From positions 192,331-256,330 of the forward strand of contig DASXFU010000039.1 of assembly GCA_036489435.1 (NCBI GenBank): 64,000 nucleotides of DNA, read 5' to 3'. Source of the stretch: Rhizomicrobium sp. Lineage in GTDB: Bacteria; Pseudomonadota; Alphaproteobacteria; Micropepsales; Micropepsaceae. A program made the translations under genes and the position numbers. The notes beneath the pieces were generated by a model, which saw nothing but the letters and a program-made list of their open reading frames with translations, ran no database searches and was not told the DNA's origin. Of the stretch, positions 39,663-52,208 are shown piece after piece; the first letter of the stretch is position 1; every line of letters begins with the position of its first letter.

Positions 39663-41282
39663 TCAGTGCACCAGGAACGTCCTCAGCAGGAAGTACAATC
39701 CGCCGGAGATCGCCATCGCGGCGGGGAGTGTCAGCACCCAGGCCATGATGATGGAGCGTACGGTGCTCCATTGCAGGCCGGAACCGTTGGCCGCCATCGT
39801 GCCGGCGACGCCGCTGGACAGAATGTGCGTGGTCGAGACGGGCAGGCCGTAGAGCTGCGCCGCGCCGATGGTGGCAGCGGCGACGATCTCGGCCGAGGCG
39901 CCTTGCGCGTAGGTGAGATGCGTCTTGCCGATGCGCTCGCCGACGGTGACGACGATGCGCCGCCAGCCGATCATGGTGCCAAGCCCCAGCGCGATGGCGA
40001 CGCAGACCTTCACCCAGAGTGGGATGAAGCGCGTGCCGCTTTGCAGCGAGTCGGTGAAGCTGGCGAGCGTCATCTTCTCTTTCGCGGAAAATTTGGCGCC
40101 TTCCGACGGCAACTGCCGGATCGCGTCGCCGGTGAGATACATGTCGTTGCGCAGGTTGGGCGTGGCGGCTGCGGGCACATGCGACAGCGAGCCATAGTTC
40201 TTCACGCTGGTGGCGGTCTCGTTCGATAGCAGCGACAAGCTCGCGAAGACTTGCGGCTGGTTCAGCTTCTTGTCGCGCAACGCATCGCCGACGATCTTGC
40301 GCGCGGCCTGCGGATCGGTCACCGCGCTGCCGCTGGCATGCGCCGCGAACACCTGGCCCGAGGCCTGCGCGGAAGCCACGAAAGTGGGCGTGTGGTCTTC
40401 CGGCATGGTGCGGTTCAGCGCGTAAGCCGTCGGCGCCGCGCCGATCAGGATGAGCATGATGAGGCCCATGCCCTTCTGACCGTCATTGCCGCCATGTGCG
40501 AAAGAAACGGCTGTGCAGGTGAGGACCAAGAGGCCGCGGATCCACAGCGGCGGCGGCGCATCTGTCTTGGGCTCCTGGTAAAGCTTGGGCGAGCGGATGA
40601 GGAATTTCATGATCAGCAGCAGCAAAGCGGAGAACACGAAGCCCATCAGCGGCGAGAACAGCAGCGCCTCGCCGACATTCATCGCCTGGCCCCAATCGAC
40701 GCCGGAGGTCGCCTGTCCGGCCGGGGCCATGAACTGGTTGGCGAGGCCGACGCCCATGATCGAGCCGATCAGCGCGTGCGACGAGGAGTTGGGAATGCCC
40801 AGCGCCCAGGTGGCGAGGTTCCACACGATGGCCGCGATGAGCAGCGAGAAGATCATCGCATAACCCGCGCTCGATCCCACTTGCAGGATGAGTTCGACGG
40901 GCAAGAGCGTGATGATGCCGTAGGCCACCGCACCTGTGGAGACCATGACGCCCAGGAAATTCCAGATGCCCGACCAGATCACCGCGACAACCGGCGGCAT
41001 CGAGTGGGTGTAGATGACGGTGGCCACCGCATTGGCGGTGTCGTGGAAACCGTTGACGAATTCGAAGCCTAGCGCGATCAAGAGCGCCACGCCGAGCAGC
41101 GCGAAGACGCCCAGCGCCAGCGGCTCATGCACGCTCTGGATATCGTCGAGCAGCCCATGCACGCCGTAGCCGACACCGGCCGCCAGCAGCGCGAAGAACA
41201 CGATGACCGTGACTGGCCCCGTTTTGTGATCGAACTTCGGTTTCGCCGGATAAGCCGCCGCTGTCGTGTCGCTCATGCGCAC
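39663..41282 (-). CDS. pitA: Inorganic phosphate transporter (PiT family)
   Basis: FEFVNGFHDTANAVAT, SSSHALIG, AHGGNDGQKGMG, PVSTTH. Confidence 0.93.
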   Translation of the reverse strand: MRMSDTTAAAYPAKPKFDHKTGPVTVIVFFALLAAGVGYGVHGLLDDIQSVHEPLALGVFALLGVALLIALGFEFVNGFHDTANAVATVIYTHSMPPVVAVIWSGIWNFLGVMVSTGAVAYGIITLLPVELILQVGSSAGYAMIFSLLIAAIVWNLATWALGIPNSSSHALIGSIMGVGLANQFMAPAGQATSGVDWGQAMNVGEALLFSPLMGFVFSALLLLIMKFLIRSPKLYQEPKTDAPPPLWIRGLLVLTCTAVSFAHGGNDGQKGMGLIMLILIGAAPTAYALNRTMPEDHTPTFVASAQASGQVFAAHASGSAVTDPQAARKIVGDALRDKKLNQPQVFASLSLLSNETATSVKNYGSLSHVPAAATPNLRNDMYLTGDAIRQLPSEGAKFSAKEKMTLASFTDSLQSGTRFIPLWVKVCVAIALGLGTMIGWRRIVVTVGERIGKTHLTYAQGASAEIVAAATIGAAQLYGLPVSTTHILSSGVAGTMAANGSGLQWSTVRSIIMAWVLTLPAAMAISGGLYFLLRTFLVH

Positions 41283-41411
41283 GTTCCCCCCATTTGCCCG
41301 GGCGCGATATAAGCGGGAGTGCGCGAAACTTTTGTGACCGGGGAAGTGCGAGCGCCTGCGGCGAATTCGCGGGTACTTTGGCGAAGGCTCTGATTGGCGG
41401 AGGGTATTACC

Positions 41412-41567
41412 GTGTCATGGCCCGCGACTGCGGGCTACCCAGGTGGTGTTGCACTATTTTCTCCAACTTACCCCAAACAGCGTCATGGCCCGGCTTGTCC
41501 GGGCCATCCAATTTCGCCTTCTGGAAAAAAGGAAAATGGATGGCCCGCATAAAGCGGGCCATGACGC
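41412..41567. repeat. Nested REP composite: left arm of subfamily A plus complete inner subfamily D element (41480-41567); right outer arm missing
   Basis: Aligns by eye with the reverse complement of 60511-60722 until 41569. Confidence 0.88.
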
Positions 41568-41569
41568 AT

Positions 41570-41851
41570 CTATTTAGGGAGCGAAACAAATAGCACTAAG
41601 TTGGCTCGCATTTGCACGATCTTTTCCACGGATACATCGCGAAACCGGCCATGCAAGATGCGTGAGACATCCGATTGGCCCATTCCAACAATCTTGGCAG
41701 CAGAGGATTGCGTCAGTTCCTGATCATCCATGGCCTGCTGAAAGCGGCTTGCCATCTCCGCCTTGAGTAGATGCGTTTCCGGATCGGGAAAGCCAAGATC
41801 GGCAGAGACATTCGCAGAGCCGCGACGAATTTTAGGATTGGTTTTCTTCAT
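41570..41851 (-). pseudogene. XRE/HTH antitoxin-like gene, probably degenerate and C-terminally truncated
   Basis: GSANVSADLGFPD...LLKAE...LTQ..AA...G..Q.DVSRI (family pattern GSGNVFADLG); C-terminus ends at the REP junction; no upstream toxin. Confidence 0.6.
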
Positions 41852-41887
41852 CCTACTGCGTCCCTCGCGCTCGTAGACTAGTCAAGC

Positions 41888-43039
41888 TCATCGCAATTCG
41901 CGCACAAATGCACGGATATCCCCCACCAGATCGTCTGGCCTTTCCAGCGCCGCGAAGTGGCCGCCTTCGGTGAAGTCGGTCCAGTGGGTGACGTTGACGT
42001 GGCGCTCGACGAGGCTACGCGGCGGGAAGGGGATCAGGTCGATGGGGAAGGCGGCGATGCCGACCGGCTTCTCGATGCGCGCGCCGTTCGGCACGGGCGT
42101 GCCGGCGTGGTCTTCCATCAAGCCGCGATACATCCAGGTGGCGGTGTTGAAGCTTTTCGTCACCAGATAGATCATCACATTGGTGAGAAGCTGGTCCTTC
42201 GTGTAGACGCTCTCGAAGCCTTTGCGCGTGTCGGACCAGCCGTGGAATTTCTCCACGATCCAGGCGCAGGCGCCGACGGGGGAGTCCATCATGGCGTAGG
42301 AGAGCGTCTGCGGCTTGGTGGTCTGTTCGCGGAAATAGGCGCCTTCGAACTCGAACAACGCCGCGGCGCGGGCGGCGTAGTCTTTCTCGTCCTGCGTCTG
42401 CGGATGCACGCCGGGTGAGCGCCAGCCGAACATGTTGAGATGCACGGCGCGGCAATTGGCGCTGTCGTAACCCATCCAGCCGGAGACGGAGCTGCCCCAG
42501 TCGCCGCCTTGCGCGATGTAATCCTTGAAGCCCAGCACATCGGTCATCAACGCGTCAAAATGGCGGGCGGTGGTGCGCGGGCCGATGGGGCGTTTCGGCT
42601 TGCCGGACCAGCCATAGCCGGGCAACGACGGCACGATCACGGTGAAAGCGTCGCGCGCGTCACCGCCGAAGCGTTCGGGATGGGCGAGCTTGTCGATGAT
42701 GTGCAGAAATTCGAACACCGATCCCGGCCAGCCATGGCTGAGGATCAGCGGCCTGGGCGACGCGCCCGAACCGTCTTCGCGATAGAAATGGATGTCGAGC
42801 CCGCCGGCTTCGGCCGTGAATTGCGGGAAGCGGTTCAACTCGGCTTCCCATTTGCGCCAGTCGTAACCGTCCACCCAATAGGCGCAAAGCTCGCGCATGA
42901 AATCGAGATTGGCGCCATAGGCCCAACTGTCATCGAGCCCTTCGCCGCGCGGCATCTCATGCCATTCATAGGCGCGGACTTTCGCGATGATCGAGTCAAG
43001 CGTGGATTGCGGAACGGCAATCCTGAAGGGTGTCGGCAT
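41888..43039 (-). CDS. Epoxide hydrolase
   Basis: YDWRKWEAELN.FPQF, HGWPGS, QGGDWG, GGHFAALE. Confidence 0.95.
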   Translation of the reverse strand: MPTPFRIAVPQSTLDSIIAKVRAYEWHEMPRGEGLDDSWAYGANLDFMRELCAYWVDGYDWRKWEAELNRFPQFTAEAGGLDIHFYREDGSGASPRPLILSHGWPGSVFEFLHIIDKLAHPERFGGDARDAFTVIVPSLPGYGWSGKPKRPIGPRTTARHFDALMTDVLGFKDYIAQGGDWGSSVSGWMGYDSANCRAVHLNMFGWRSPGVHPQTQDEKDYAARAAALFEFEGAYFREQTTKPQTLSYAMMDSPVGACAWIVEKFHGWSDTRKGFESVYTKDQLLTNVMIYLVTKSFNTATWMYRGLMEDHAGTPVPNGARIEKPVGIAAFPIDLIPFPPRSLVERHVNVTHWTDFTEGGHFAALERPDDLVGDIRAFVRELR

Positions 43040-43078
43040 GGCGGAGTCCTTTAATAGCGGGCCCGCAATTCAAGCACA

Positions 43079-44029
43079 TCACCACCAGCCGCGCCATTTG
43101 AACCAGATGATGGGCAGCACCGTCGACAGGAAGATCAGGCCGAGGCCCCATTCATAGCCCCACGCCCAGCTATATTCCGGCATGTTGTGGAAATTCATGC
43201 CATACATGCTGGCGATGAAGGTGGGCGGGATACCGACAACGGAGGCGATGGTCAGCACCTTGAAGATGTCGTTCTGCTCGGTGTTGATGAAGCCGAGCAC
43301 CGCGTCCAGCAGGAACTGCACCTTGTTGGAGAGATGCACCTCGAAATCGCTGAGCGATTGCAGGTCCTGCACCACCACCTTGAAGCGCGCCTGGATTTTG
43401 TCGTCGATCCATTCTTTTCCCTTTTCGCCCACGAAGGGGATGACGCGCTGCAGGCCCAGGATAGCGTCGCGGATCTGGGAGAGGTTTTCGCCCGCACCGC
43501 CGACGGAGACGAGCGTCTCGCGCATCCGCCTGTTGGAGCGGGAGATGTTGTGCTGGCGCGTGCTGCCGTAACGGCGGAACACGTCGCGCGAGACGGCGGC
43601 GAGGTCGGCGCTGGTGTGCTCCAAAGTGTCGGCCGCGAAATCCACCATGCCCTCGGCGATCATGGCGTAGATCTCCGCGCTCGAGCAGCTGAGCTTGTGC
43701 TTGGCCAGCGTCTTGCGCACCGTGTCGAAGGCATGCATCTCGGTGTAACGGATGCCCACGATGAAGGCCGGCGCCAGGATGAAGCCGATGGAGGTGGGCA
43801 TGTCATCCTCGCCATGCGCCATCACCGGCTGGGTCACGATGATGCGGCCGTCTTCTTCCTGAAGGCGGCTGGAAGATTCGATCTCCTCCAACGCGTCGCG
43901 CGAGGGGATATCGATGCCGAGCTCGTCCGAGACGGTTTTGATCTCCTCGGGCGTCGGATCATACAGGTCGATCCACACCGCCTCCCTGGGCGACGGCTTC
44001 CCGTCCCGGTCCGGATAGGTGAACAGCAT
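43079..44029 (-). CDS. corA: CorA-family magnesium transporter
   Basis: WIDL..PT.EE, EIESSSR, PPTFIASMYGMNF..MPE. Confidence 0.94.
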   Translation of the reverse strand: MLFTYPDRDGKPSPREAVWIDLYDPTPEEIKTVSDELGIDIPSRDALEEIESSSRLQEEDGRIIVTQPVMAHGEDDMPTSIGFILAPAFIVGIRYTEMHAFDTVRKTLAKHKLSCSSAEIYAMIAEGMVDFAADTLEHTSADLAAVSRDVFRRYGSTRQHNISRSNRRMRETLVSVGGAGENLSQIRDAILGLQRVIPFVGEKGKEWIDDKIQARFKVVVQDLQSLSDFEVHLSNKVQFLLDAVLGFINTEQNDIFKVLTIASVVGIPPTFIASMYGMNFHNMPEYSWAWGYEWGLGLIFLSTVLPIIWFKWRGWW

Positions 44030-44153
44030 CAGTCGTCCTGAAGTGGAATCGCCTCGCCGTAACGTATGACGAAGCGGGAAGGACCCATAAAAAATCTTGC
44101 GCTCGTTGCCGCAGGTTAATCCAGATGGAGCGGTTCGGCGGCGCGGGGCGTGG

Positions 44154-44378
44154 GATTCGCGCAGAGACGCAGAGGAGCGAGCATGTGGTGGCGCATTCGC
44201 ACTAATTACAAAACCCCAAATAACGTCATGGCCGGGCTTGTCCCGGCCACCCATAACCTCAGTTTCACCGTAGGGACTCTGGAATATGGGTGGCCGCCAC
44301 GAGGGCGGCCATGACGAACTGTTAGGGCATGGCGAACTGTTGCAGGTCCGCACGCTCCTCTGCGGCTCTGCGTGAATC
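44154..44378. repeat. Nested composite: outer CGCAGAG-x-CGCAGAG inverted repeat enclosing a subfamily C REP doublet (44224-44316)
   Basis: 44154-44179 and 44353-44378 are 24/26 reverse-complementary; inner element is homologous to 52690-52783. Confidence 0.88.
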
Positions 44379-44413
44379 AACTTCCCTCGCGCCGCCGCAC
44401 CGGCATATCCGGT

Positions 44414-47101
<2,688 letters not shown>

Positions 47102-47273
47102 GAATTCCTCTGTCGGGTTTGGCCTCGCCAGGGATTCCCCCGGCGAAGGTGCGGGAGAGCCCTAAAGGCCCAGCAGGACCAGAGCAAGCGCGGGGGAGAG
47201 ATAAGAACGGGCTTCCCCCTTGTCAATTCAAGGTTTTCGGGCCTAAACCGCGCCGCCGGAACCGGGGGGCAGA

Positions 47274-48557
47274 ATGGCCAAGAAGCAGGACAGCGCGAAG
47301 GCAAAGACGGCCGCCAGTTCCAAGTCCGTGGCGATATCCCCTCTGGCCCCCAAAACCTACGCCAAGCTGCCACCTTTGGCGGGGGTCAGGCTGGCCTCTG
47401 GCGCCGCCGGGGTGCGCTATGCGGGCCGGACGGACGTGCTGATGGTCACCCTGGCCGCTGGAACCCAGGCGGCCGGCGTCTTCACAAAAAGCAAGACCGC
47501 GTCCGCCCCGGTGGATTGGTGCCGCACCCAGCTCAAATCCGGCACCGCCCGCGCTCTGGTGGTCAACAGCGGCAATGCCAACGCCTTCACGGGCAAGGCC
47601 GGAATGGAGGGCGCCCGCGCGGTAGCCGAGGCCGCCGCCGATTCGCTCGGCTGTTCCAGCCGCGAGGTCTTGCTGGCCTCCACCGGCGTGATCGGTGAGC
47701 CGCTGCCCGCGAACCGCATCACCCGCATTCTGGGCGAGTTGGCCGAGAGCGGCTCGGCCTCCGGCTGGCGCGCCGCCGCCGAGGCGATCATGACGACCGA
47801 CACCTATCCCAAGATGGCCACCGCCAGTGCCGAGATCGACGACAAGAAGGTCACCATCAACGGCATCGCCAAAGGCTCTGGCATGATCGCGCCGGACATG
47901 GCGACGATGCTCTCCTTCATCTTCACCGACGCGAACCTTCCCGCCGCTGTGCTGCAGGAGCTGCTGTCGGCCAGCGTGAAAGGCTCGTTCAACTCCATCA
48001 CGGTGGACAGCGACACCTCCACCAGCGACACGCTGATCCTCTTCGCCACCGGCAAGGGCGCGAAACATCCCGCCATCGCCAAGGCGAACGACAGGCGCCT
48101 CAACGATTTCCGCGCCAAGCTGGATGCCGTCCTGCTCGACCTCGCGCTGCAAGTGGTGAAGGACGGCGAGGGCGCCCAGAAACTCATCCGCATCGACGTC
48201 ACCGGCGCGGAGAGCAACGACGCCGCCAAACGCATCGCGCTCTCCATCGCCAACTCGCCGCTGGTGAAGACCGCCATCGCCGGCAACGACGCCAATTGGG
48301 GCCGCGTGGTGATGGCCGTCGGCAAAGCCGGCGAAGCCGCAGACCGCGACAAACTTAAAATCTCTTTCGGCAACCAGGTCGTCGCCGAGAAGGGCGAACG
48401 CGCAGCGAAATACAACGAAGCCGCCGCGACCAAGGCCGTGTCGGGCAAAGAAGTCCAGATCGCCGTCGATCTCGGCTTGGCTGGCGGCGTGGCGCGGGTT
48501 TGGACCTGCGATCTGACGCACGGCTACATTGACATCAACGGCAGCTATCGTAGCTAA
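47274..48557 (+). CDS. argJ: Bifunctional ornithine acetyltransferase / N-acetylglutamate synthase
   Basis: [49 protein letters not shown]. Confidence 0.98.
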   Translation: MAKKQDSAKAKTAASSKSVAISPLAPKTYAKLPPLAGVRLASGAAGVRYAGRTDVLMVTLAAGTQAAGVFTKSKTASAPVDWCRTQLKSGTARALVVNSGNANAFTGKAGMEGARAVAEAAADSLGCSSREVLLASTGVIGEPLPANRITRILGELAESGSASGWRAAAEAIMTTDTYPKMATASAEIDDKKVTINGIAKGSGMIAPDMATMLSFIFTDANLPAAVLQELLSASVKGSFNSITVDSDTSTSDTLILFATGKGAKHPAIAKANDRRLNDFRAKLDAVLLDLALQVVKDGEGAQKLIRIDVTGAESNDAAKRIALSIANSPLVKTAIAGNDANWGRVVMAVGKAGEAADRDKLKISFGNQVVAEKGERAAKYNEAAATKAVSGKEVQIAVDLGLAGGVARVWTCDLTHGYIDINGSYRS

Positions 48558-48562
48558 TTTAT

Positions 48563-48654
48563 GTGTCATGGCCCGCGAATGCGGGCCACCCAGTTGGGTT
48601 CTGCACTATGGTGCGCGCGCCACTTGGGCAGCCCGCATTCGCGGGCTGTGACAC
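48563..48654. repeat. Palindromic REP doublet, subfamily A
   Basis: Homologous to 28655-28746, including the CAGTTGGGTTCTGCAC spacer start. Confidence 0.9.
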
Positions 48655-48689
48655 TGAGATAAAAAAAGCGGAATAAGCGTTGGATTTTG

Positions 48690-48705
48690 TTAACATCAAC
48701 TTCAC
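48690..48705 (+). promoter_or_regulatory. CtrA-like box TTAA-N7-TTCAC
   Basis: One mismatch to consensus; upstream of mutT and the Flp pilin gene. Confidence 0.4.
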
Positions 48706-48719
48706 TTCGGTGTCCGCAT

Positions 48720-49133
48720 TTGGAAGCTATTAACCCCCCGCTTGTTATCGTGGTCGCCTGTGCGCTGATCGATCCGGATGGGCGCGTGCTGATCGGGCAG
48801 CGGCCGGACGGGAAGAAACTGGCAGGGCTATGGGAATTTCCGGGCGGCAAGATCGAGCCGGGCGAGCGGCCGGAACAGGCGCTGATCCGCGAGCTCCAGG
48901 AGGAGCTGGGGATCACGGTGAAAGAACCGTGCCTCGCGCCCTTTGCCTTCGCCTCGCACAGCTATACGGACTCCCACCTCCTGATGCCGCTCTACGTGTG
49001 CAGGCGCTGGGAGGGCACGCCCCAACCGTTGGAACACGCAGCGCTGAAATGGGTGAAGCCGAAAGATTTATCCAGCTATGCGATGCCCGAAGCCGATATC
49101 CCGCTCATCCCCATGCTGCGCGATCTGCTCTGA
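48720..49133 (+). CDS. mutT: 8-oxo-dGTP diphosphatase (Nudix)
   Basis: LWEFPGGKIEPGE.PE.AL.REL.EELG Nudix box; start codon uncertain (TTG). Confidence 0.93.
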   Translation: MEAINPPLVIVVACALIDPDGRVLIGQRPDGKKLAGLWEFPGGKIEPGERPEQALIRELQEELGITVKEPCLAPFAFASHSYTDSHLLMPLYVCRRWEGTPQPLEHAALKWVKPKDLSSYAMPEADIPLIPMLRDLL

Positions 49134-49285
49134 GCACTTTCGTGCGCGACACGCGCGGCGCCACCGCCATCGAATACGCGATGATCGCGGCGTTCCTTTC
49201 GGTCTTCATCGTGACGGCGGTGGACCTCTTGGGCGCTAACGTCAAATCCGCCTTCTTCGACAAGCTGGCCGCTGTCGTTAAGTAG
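49130..49285 (+). CDS. flp: Flp-family type IVb/Tad pilin
   Basis: FVRDTRG-ATAIEYAMIAAF prepilin motif followed by a hydrophobic helix; start is CTG 49130 or GTG 49142. Confidence 0.8.
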   Translation: MSTFVRDTRGATAIEYAMIAAFLSVFIVTAVDLLGANVKSAFFDKLAAVVK

Positions 49286-49309
49286 AACCCAAAAAACAAA
49301 CAAAAAAAT

Positions 49310-49433
49310 CGTCATGGCCGGGCTTGTCCCGGCCACCCATACCCGCAGTGGAAAAAGTAAGGGCGCCGACCGTCATCATCTTTTTCTGCAAAGACCGCGT
49401 TTATGGGTGGCCGGGACAAGCCCGGCCATGACG
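49310..49433. repeat. Palindromic REP doublet, subfamily B
   Basis: Perfect inverted arms; homologous to 30760-30883. Confidence 0.93.
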
Positions 49434-49464
49434 ATTAGGTGGGATGGGGTGGGGGAATAGTTTG

Positions 49465-50286
49465 CTATTCCTTCTTCTCTTCCACGCCCAACACATCCGC
49501 GAGCCGTGCTTTCGCGCTTCCCGGCGCGAGCGGTTTCTGCTGGCTCTCATGCGGCGCCCAGCCGGTGAGATAGACGATGTCGAAACTCGCGCGCAGGCGT
49601 CCGTCCGGCTCGGCATGATGCGACGCGTAATGCGACACCGCTGCCGCGATGGCATCGCGCCGCAAGGGCTTGCGGCTGCGCTCCACGAGCGCGTTGGTCT
49701 CGCCCAGCGCGCGCAGGTCGCCGATCAATGTCGAGAATTCGCGATAGCGCACCGTCGTACGCTCCGCATCGGCGACGGGCAGCGCGAAGCCCGCGCGTTG
49801 CAGCAAGCCGCCCAGGTCGCGCACATCGGCGAAAGGCGCCACGCGCGGGCTGGCGCCGCCGCTGGTCTCGCTTTCGCCGGTGGCGAAGGCTTCGCGCAGT
49901 TCGCGTAGCGTGTTGCCGCCGAAGAGGGCCGCGAGGAAGAGGCCATCCGGCTTCAGCGCGCGACGGATCTGGATGAGGATGCCGGGCAGGTCGTTCACCG
50001 CATGCAGCGCCAGCACGCTGGTGGCGAGATCGAAGCTCGCGGGCTCCAACCCCAGATTCTCACGCTGCCAGAAATCGGTGCGCTCCCATTCGCCCGCGAA
50101 GCGTTGCAGCCGGGAGAAGCTCTCGTCGCGCGAGCCGATGTCCAGCGCGCGGGCGAAGCGGCGGTTGACGGCGCCGAGCCGCTCGGTGAGCCCCTCCGTC
50201 GCCTCCGCCTCGATGGGATTGCCGACGGCGCGGCTGCGGCGCGCGCCGTAGAGGGCGGTGTCGAAAATTTTCGGTGGGGCGCTCAC
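49465..50286 (-). CDS. SAM-dependent methyltransferase (BioC/NDUFAF5-like)
   Basis: LHAVNDLPG, LKPDGLF, LLQRAGFALPVAD, GWAPHESQQKPLAPGSA; divergent from comF. Confidence 0.9.
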   Translation of the reverse strand: MSAPPKIFDTALYGARRSRAVGNPIEAEATEGLTERLGAVNRRFARALDIGSRDESFSRLQRFAGEWERTDFWQRENLGLEPASFDLATSVLALHAVNDLPGILIQIRRALKPDGLFLAALFGGNTLRELREAFATGESETSGGASPRVAPFADVRDLGGLLQRAGFALPVADAERTTVRYREFSTLIGDLRALGETNALVERSRKPLRRDAIAAAVSHYASHHAEPDGRLRASFDIVYLTGWAPHESQQKPLAPGSAKARLADVLGVEEKKE

Positions 50287-50329
50287 GAGCGGTTCGTATC
50301 GGGAGAAGTTCCGCACTAAGCTAGGCGAC

Positions 50330-51094
50330 ATGGCGGCGATAATCGATACCCCCGCATTGGCCCGGAAAATCGGTCGCACGATCCTCGACCTCGTCTATCC
50401 GCCGCTCTGCGCGCTCTGCCGCAAGCCGACAGGCGAGGCGCATGCGCTGTGCGTGGAATGCTGGTCCAGCATCGACTTCCTCGACGGCCCCGCGTGCATC
50501 TGTTGCGGCCTCCCGTTCGAGCTCGATCCCGGAATGGACACGCTCTGCGCCGGTTGCCATGCCGAGCCGCCGGCGTTCGACGCCGCGCGCTGCGTCATGC
50601 GCTACGACGACGCCAGCAAGAAACCCATCCTCGCCCTCAAGCGCGCCGACCGCCACGATCTCGTGCTGCCCTTCGCGCGCTGGATGGCGCGGACGGGGCG
50701 CGAGTTGTTGGCGGAGACGGATCTCATCGTTCCGGTTCCGCTGCATCGGCGCAGGCTCTGGCAGCGGCGCTACAACCAGGCCGCACTGCTCGCCGCCCGC
50801 CTCGCGCGGCTGAGCGGTAAGCCCGCCGATCCCTTGGCGCTGATCCGCATCCGCCCCACGCCCAGCCAGGGCGAGATGCCGTCCGCCAAGGCCCGCCGCC
50901 GCAACGTCCGCGGCGCGTTCAAGGTGGCGCGGCCGGGTGCGGTTGCCGGGCGCACGATCTTGCTGATTGATGATGTCTTCACCACAGGCGCCACGGTTTC
51001 CGCCTGTTCCCGGGCTTTGAAGCGCGCCGGAGCCCGGAAAGTGCTGGTCCTGGCGCTCGCCCGCGTTGTCCGTCCTGCGCCGCTTACTATATAA
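50330..51094 (+). CDS. comF: ComF-family protein (zinc ribbon plus PRTase)
   Basis: Multiple CxxC motifs; VPVPLH..RL..RRYNQ; LIDDVFTTGAT. Confidence 0.94.
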   Translation: MAAIIDTPALARKIGRTILDLVYPPLCALCRKPTGEAHALCVECWSSIDFLDGPACICCGLPFELDPGMDTLCAGCHAEPPAFDAARCVMRYDDASKKPILALKRADRHDLVLPFARWMARTGRELLAETDLIVPVPLHRRRLWQRRYNQAALLAARLARLSGKPADPLALIRIRPTPSQGEMPSAKARRRNVRGAFKVARPGAVAGRTILLIDDVFTTGATVSACSRALKRAGARKVLVLALARVVRPAPLTI

Positions 51095-51126
51095 AGCTCA
51101 CGGTTCTGTATGAGTCCTGTCGCGTC

Positions 51127-51387
51127 ATGACCAAGGTCACCATCTACACAACGCCGATCTGCCCCTACTGCGTTCGGGCCAAGCGTCTGCTCAAGGACAA
51201 AGGCGCGCCGGTCGAGGAGATCGACGTGTTCATGGACGGCGATGCCCGCAAGGAAATGGAAGCGAAATCCGGTGGCCGGCGCACCGTTCCGCAGATCTTC
51301 GTGGGCGACACCCATATCGGCGGCTGCGACGACCTGATGGCGCTCGATCGCGACGGCAAGCTCGATCCGCTCCTGAACGCGGCATGA
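51127..51387 (+). CDS. grxC: Glutaredoxin 3
   Basis: CPYC, RTVPQIF, IGGCDDL. Confidence 0.97.
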   Translation: MTKVTIYTTPICPYCVRAKRLLKDKGAPVEEIDVFMDGDARKEMEAKSGGRRTVPQIFVGDTHIGGCDDLMALDRDGKLDPLLNAA

Positions 51388-52208
51388 GCGGCGCGTTTCG
51401 CGCGGCCTGCATCCAGCTCCGCTCGTCGGACGATGTGGACGAAAACATCCGCATCACCTCCGAATTGATCCGCGAGGCCAAGGGCAAGGGCGCGCAGTTC
51501 GTCGCCACGCCGGAGAACACGACCTTGATGGCGCCCGACGGCGGCGCCAAGCTGGAACGTTCGTTCCCCGAAGACCGCGATCCCGCCTTGCCTGCCTTCG
51601 CCGCGCTGGCGGAGGAACTCGGCATCTGGCTCCTGATCGGCTCACTGGCCATCAAGGTGAGTGAGACGAAGACAGCGAACCGCTCGTTCCTCATCGATCC
51701 CAAGGGCCGCATCACGGCGCGCTACGACAAGATCCACCTCTTCGACGTCGATCTGCCCTCCGGCGAAAAATATCGCGAGTCCAACACCGTGGCCGGCGGC
51801 GACCGCGCGGTGATCGCGGAGACTCCCTGGGGCAAGGCGGGGCTCACCATCTGCTACGACCTGCGCTTCCCGCAGCTTTATCGCGCGCTGTCGCAGAAGG
51901 GTGCGTTCCTGCTCACCGTGCCCAGCGCCTTCACCGAGACGACGGGCAAGGCGCATTGGCACATCCTGCTGCGCGCCCGCGCCATCGAGAACGGCGCCTT
52001 CGTGATCGCCCCCGCGCAAGGCGGCACGCATGCCAATGGCCGCAAGACCTATGGCCACTCGCTGATCATCGCACCCTGGGGCGAGATCCTGGCCGAGGGC
52101 GGCACAGAGCCCGGCGTCATCGTGGCCGATATCGATCCCGCATTGTCGGCGGATGCGCGTGCGCGGGTGCCCAATCTGCTGCATGATCGGGGCTTCGAGG
52201 CCCCATGA
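51384..52208 (+). CDS. Carbon-nitrogen hydrolase (Nit1-like)
   Basis: TPE, YDKIHLFDV, ICYDLRFP, RARAIEN, YGHSLII.PWG. Confidence 0.95.
   Translation: MSGAFRAACIQLRSSDDVDENIRITSELIREAKGKGAQFVATPENTTLMAPDGGAKLERSFPEDRDPALPAFAALAEELGIWLLIGSLAIKVSETKTANRSFLIDPKGRITARYDKIHLFDVDLPSGEKYRESNTVAGGDRAVIAETPWGKAGLTICYDLRFPQLYRALSQKGAFLLTVPSAFTETTGKAHWHILLRARAIENGAFVIAPAQGGTHANGRKTYGHSLIIAPWGEILAEGGTEPGVIVADIDPALSADARARVPNLLHDRGFEAP

Noticed and set aside
43079-44380. N-terminal extensions in the ORF track for corA, aroK, aroB, the J-domain gene and lysE
   Set aside because: Extensions run through repeats or neighbouring genes; downstream starts match family N-termini and coupling overlaps
49113-49160. 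Programmed frameshift fusing the mutT end (MLRDLL) to the pilin to form a leader
   Set aside because: No slippery sequence; MLRDLL is an ordinary MutT C-terminus; a CTG or GTG start is simpler
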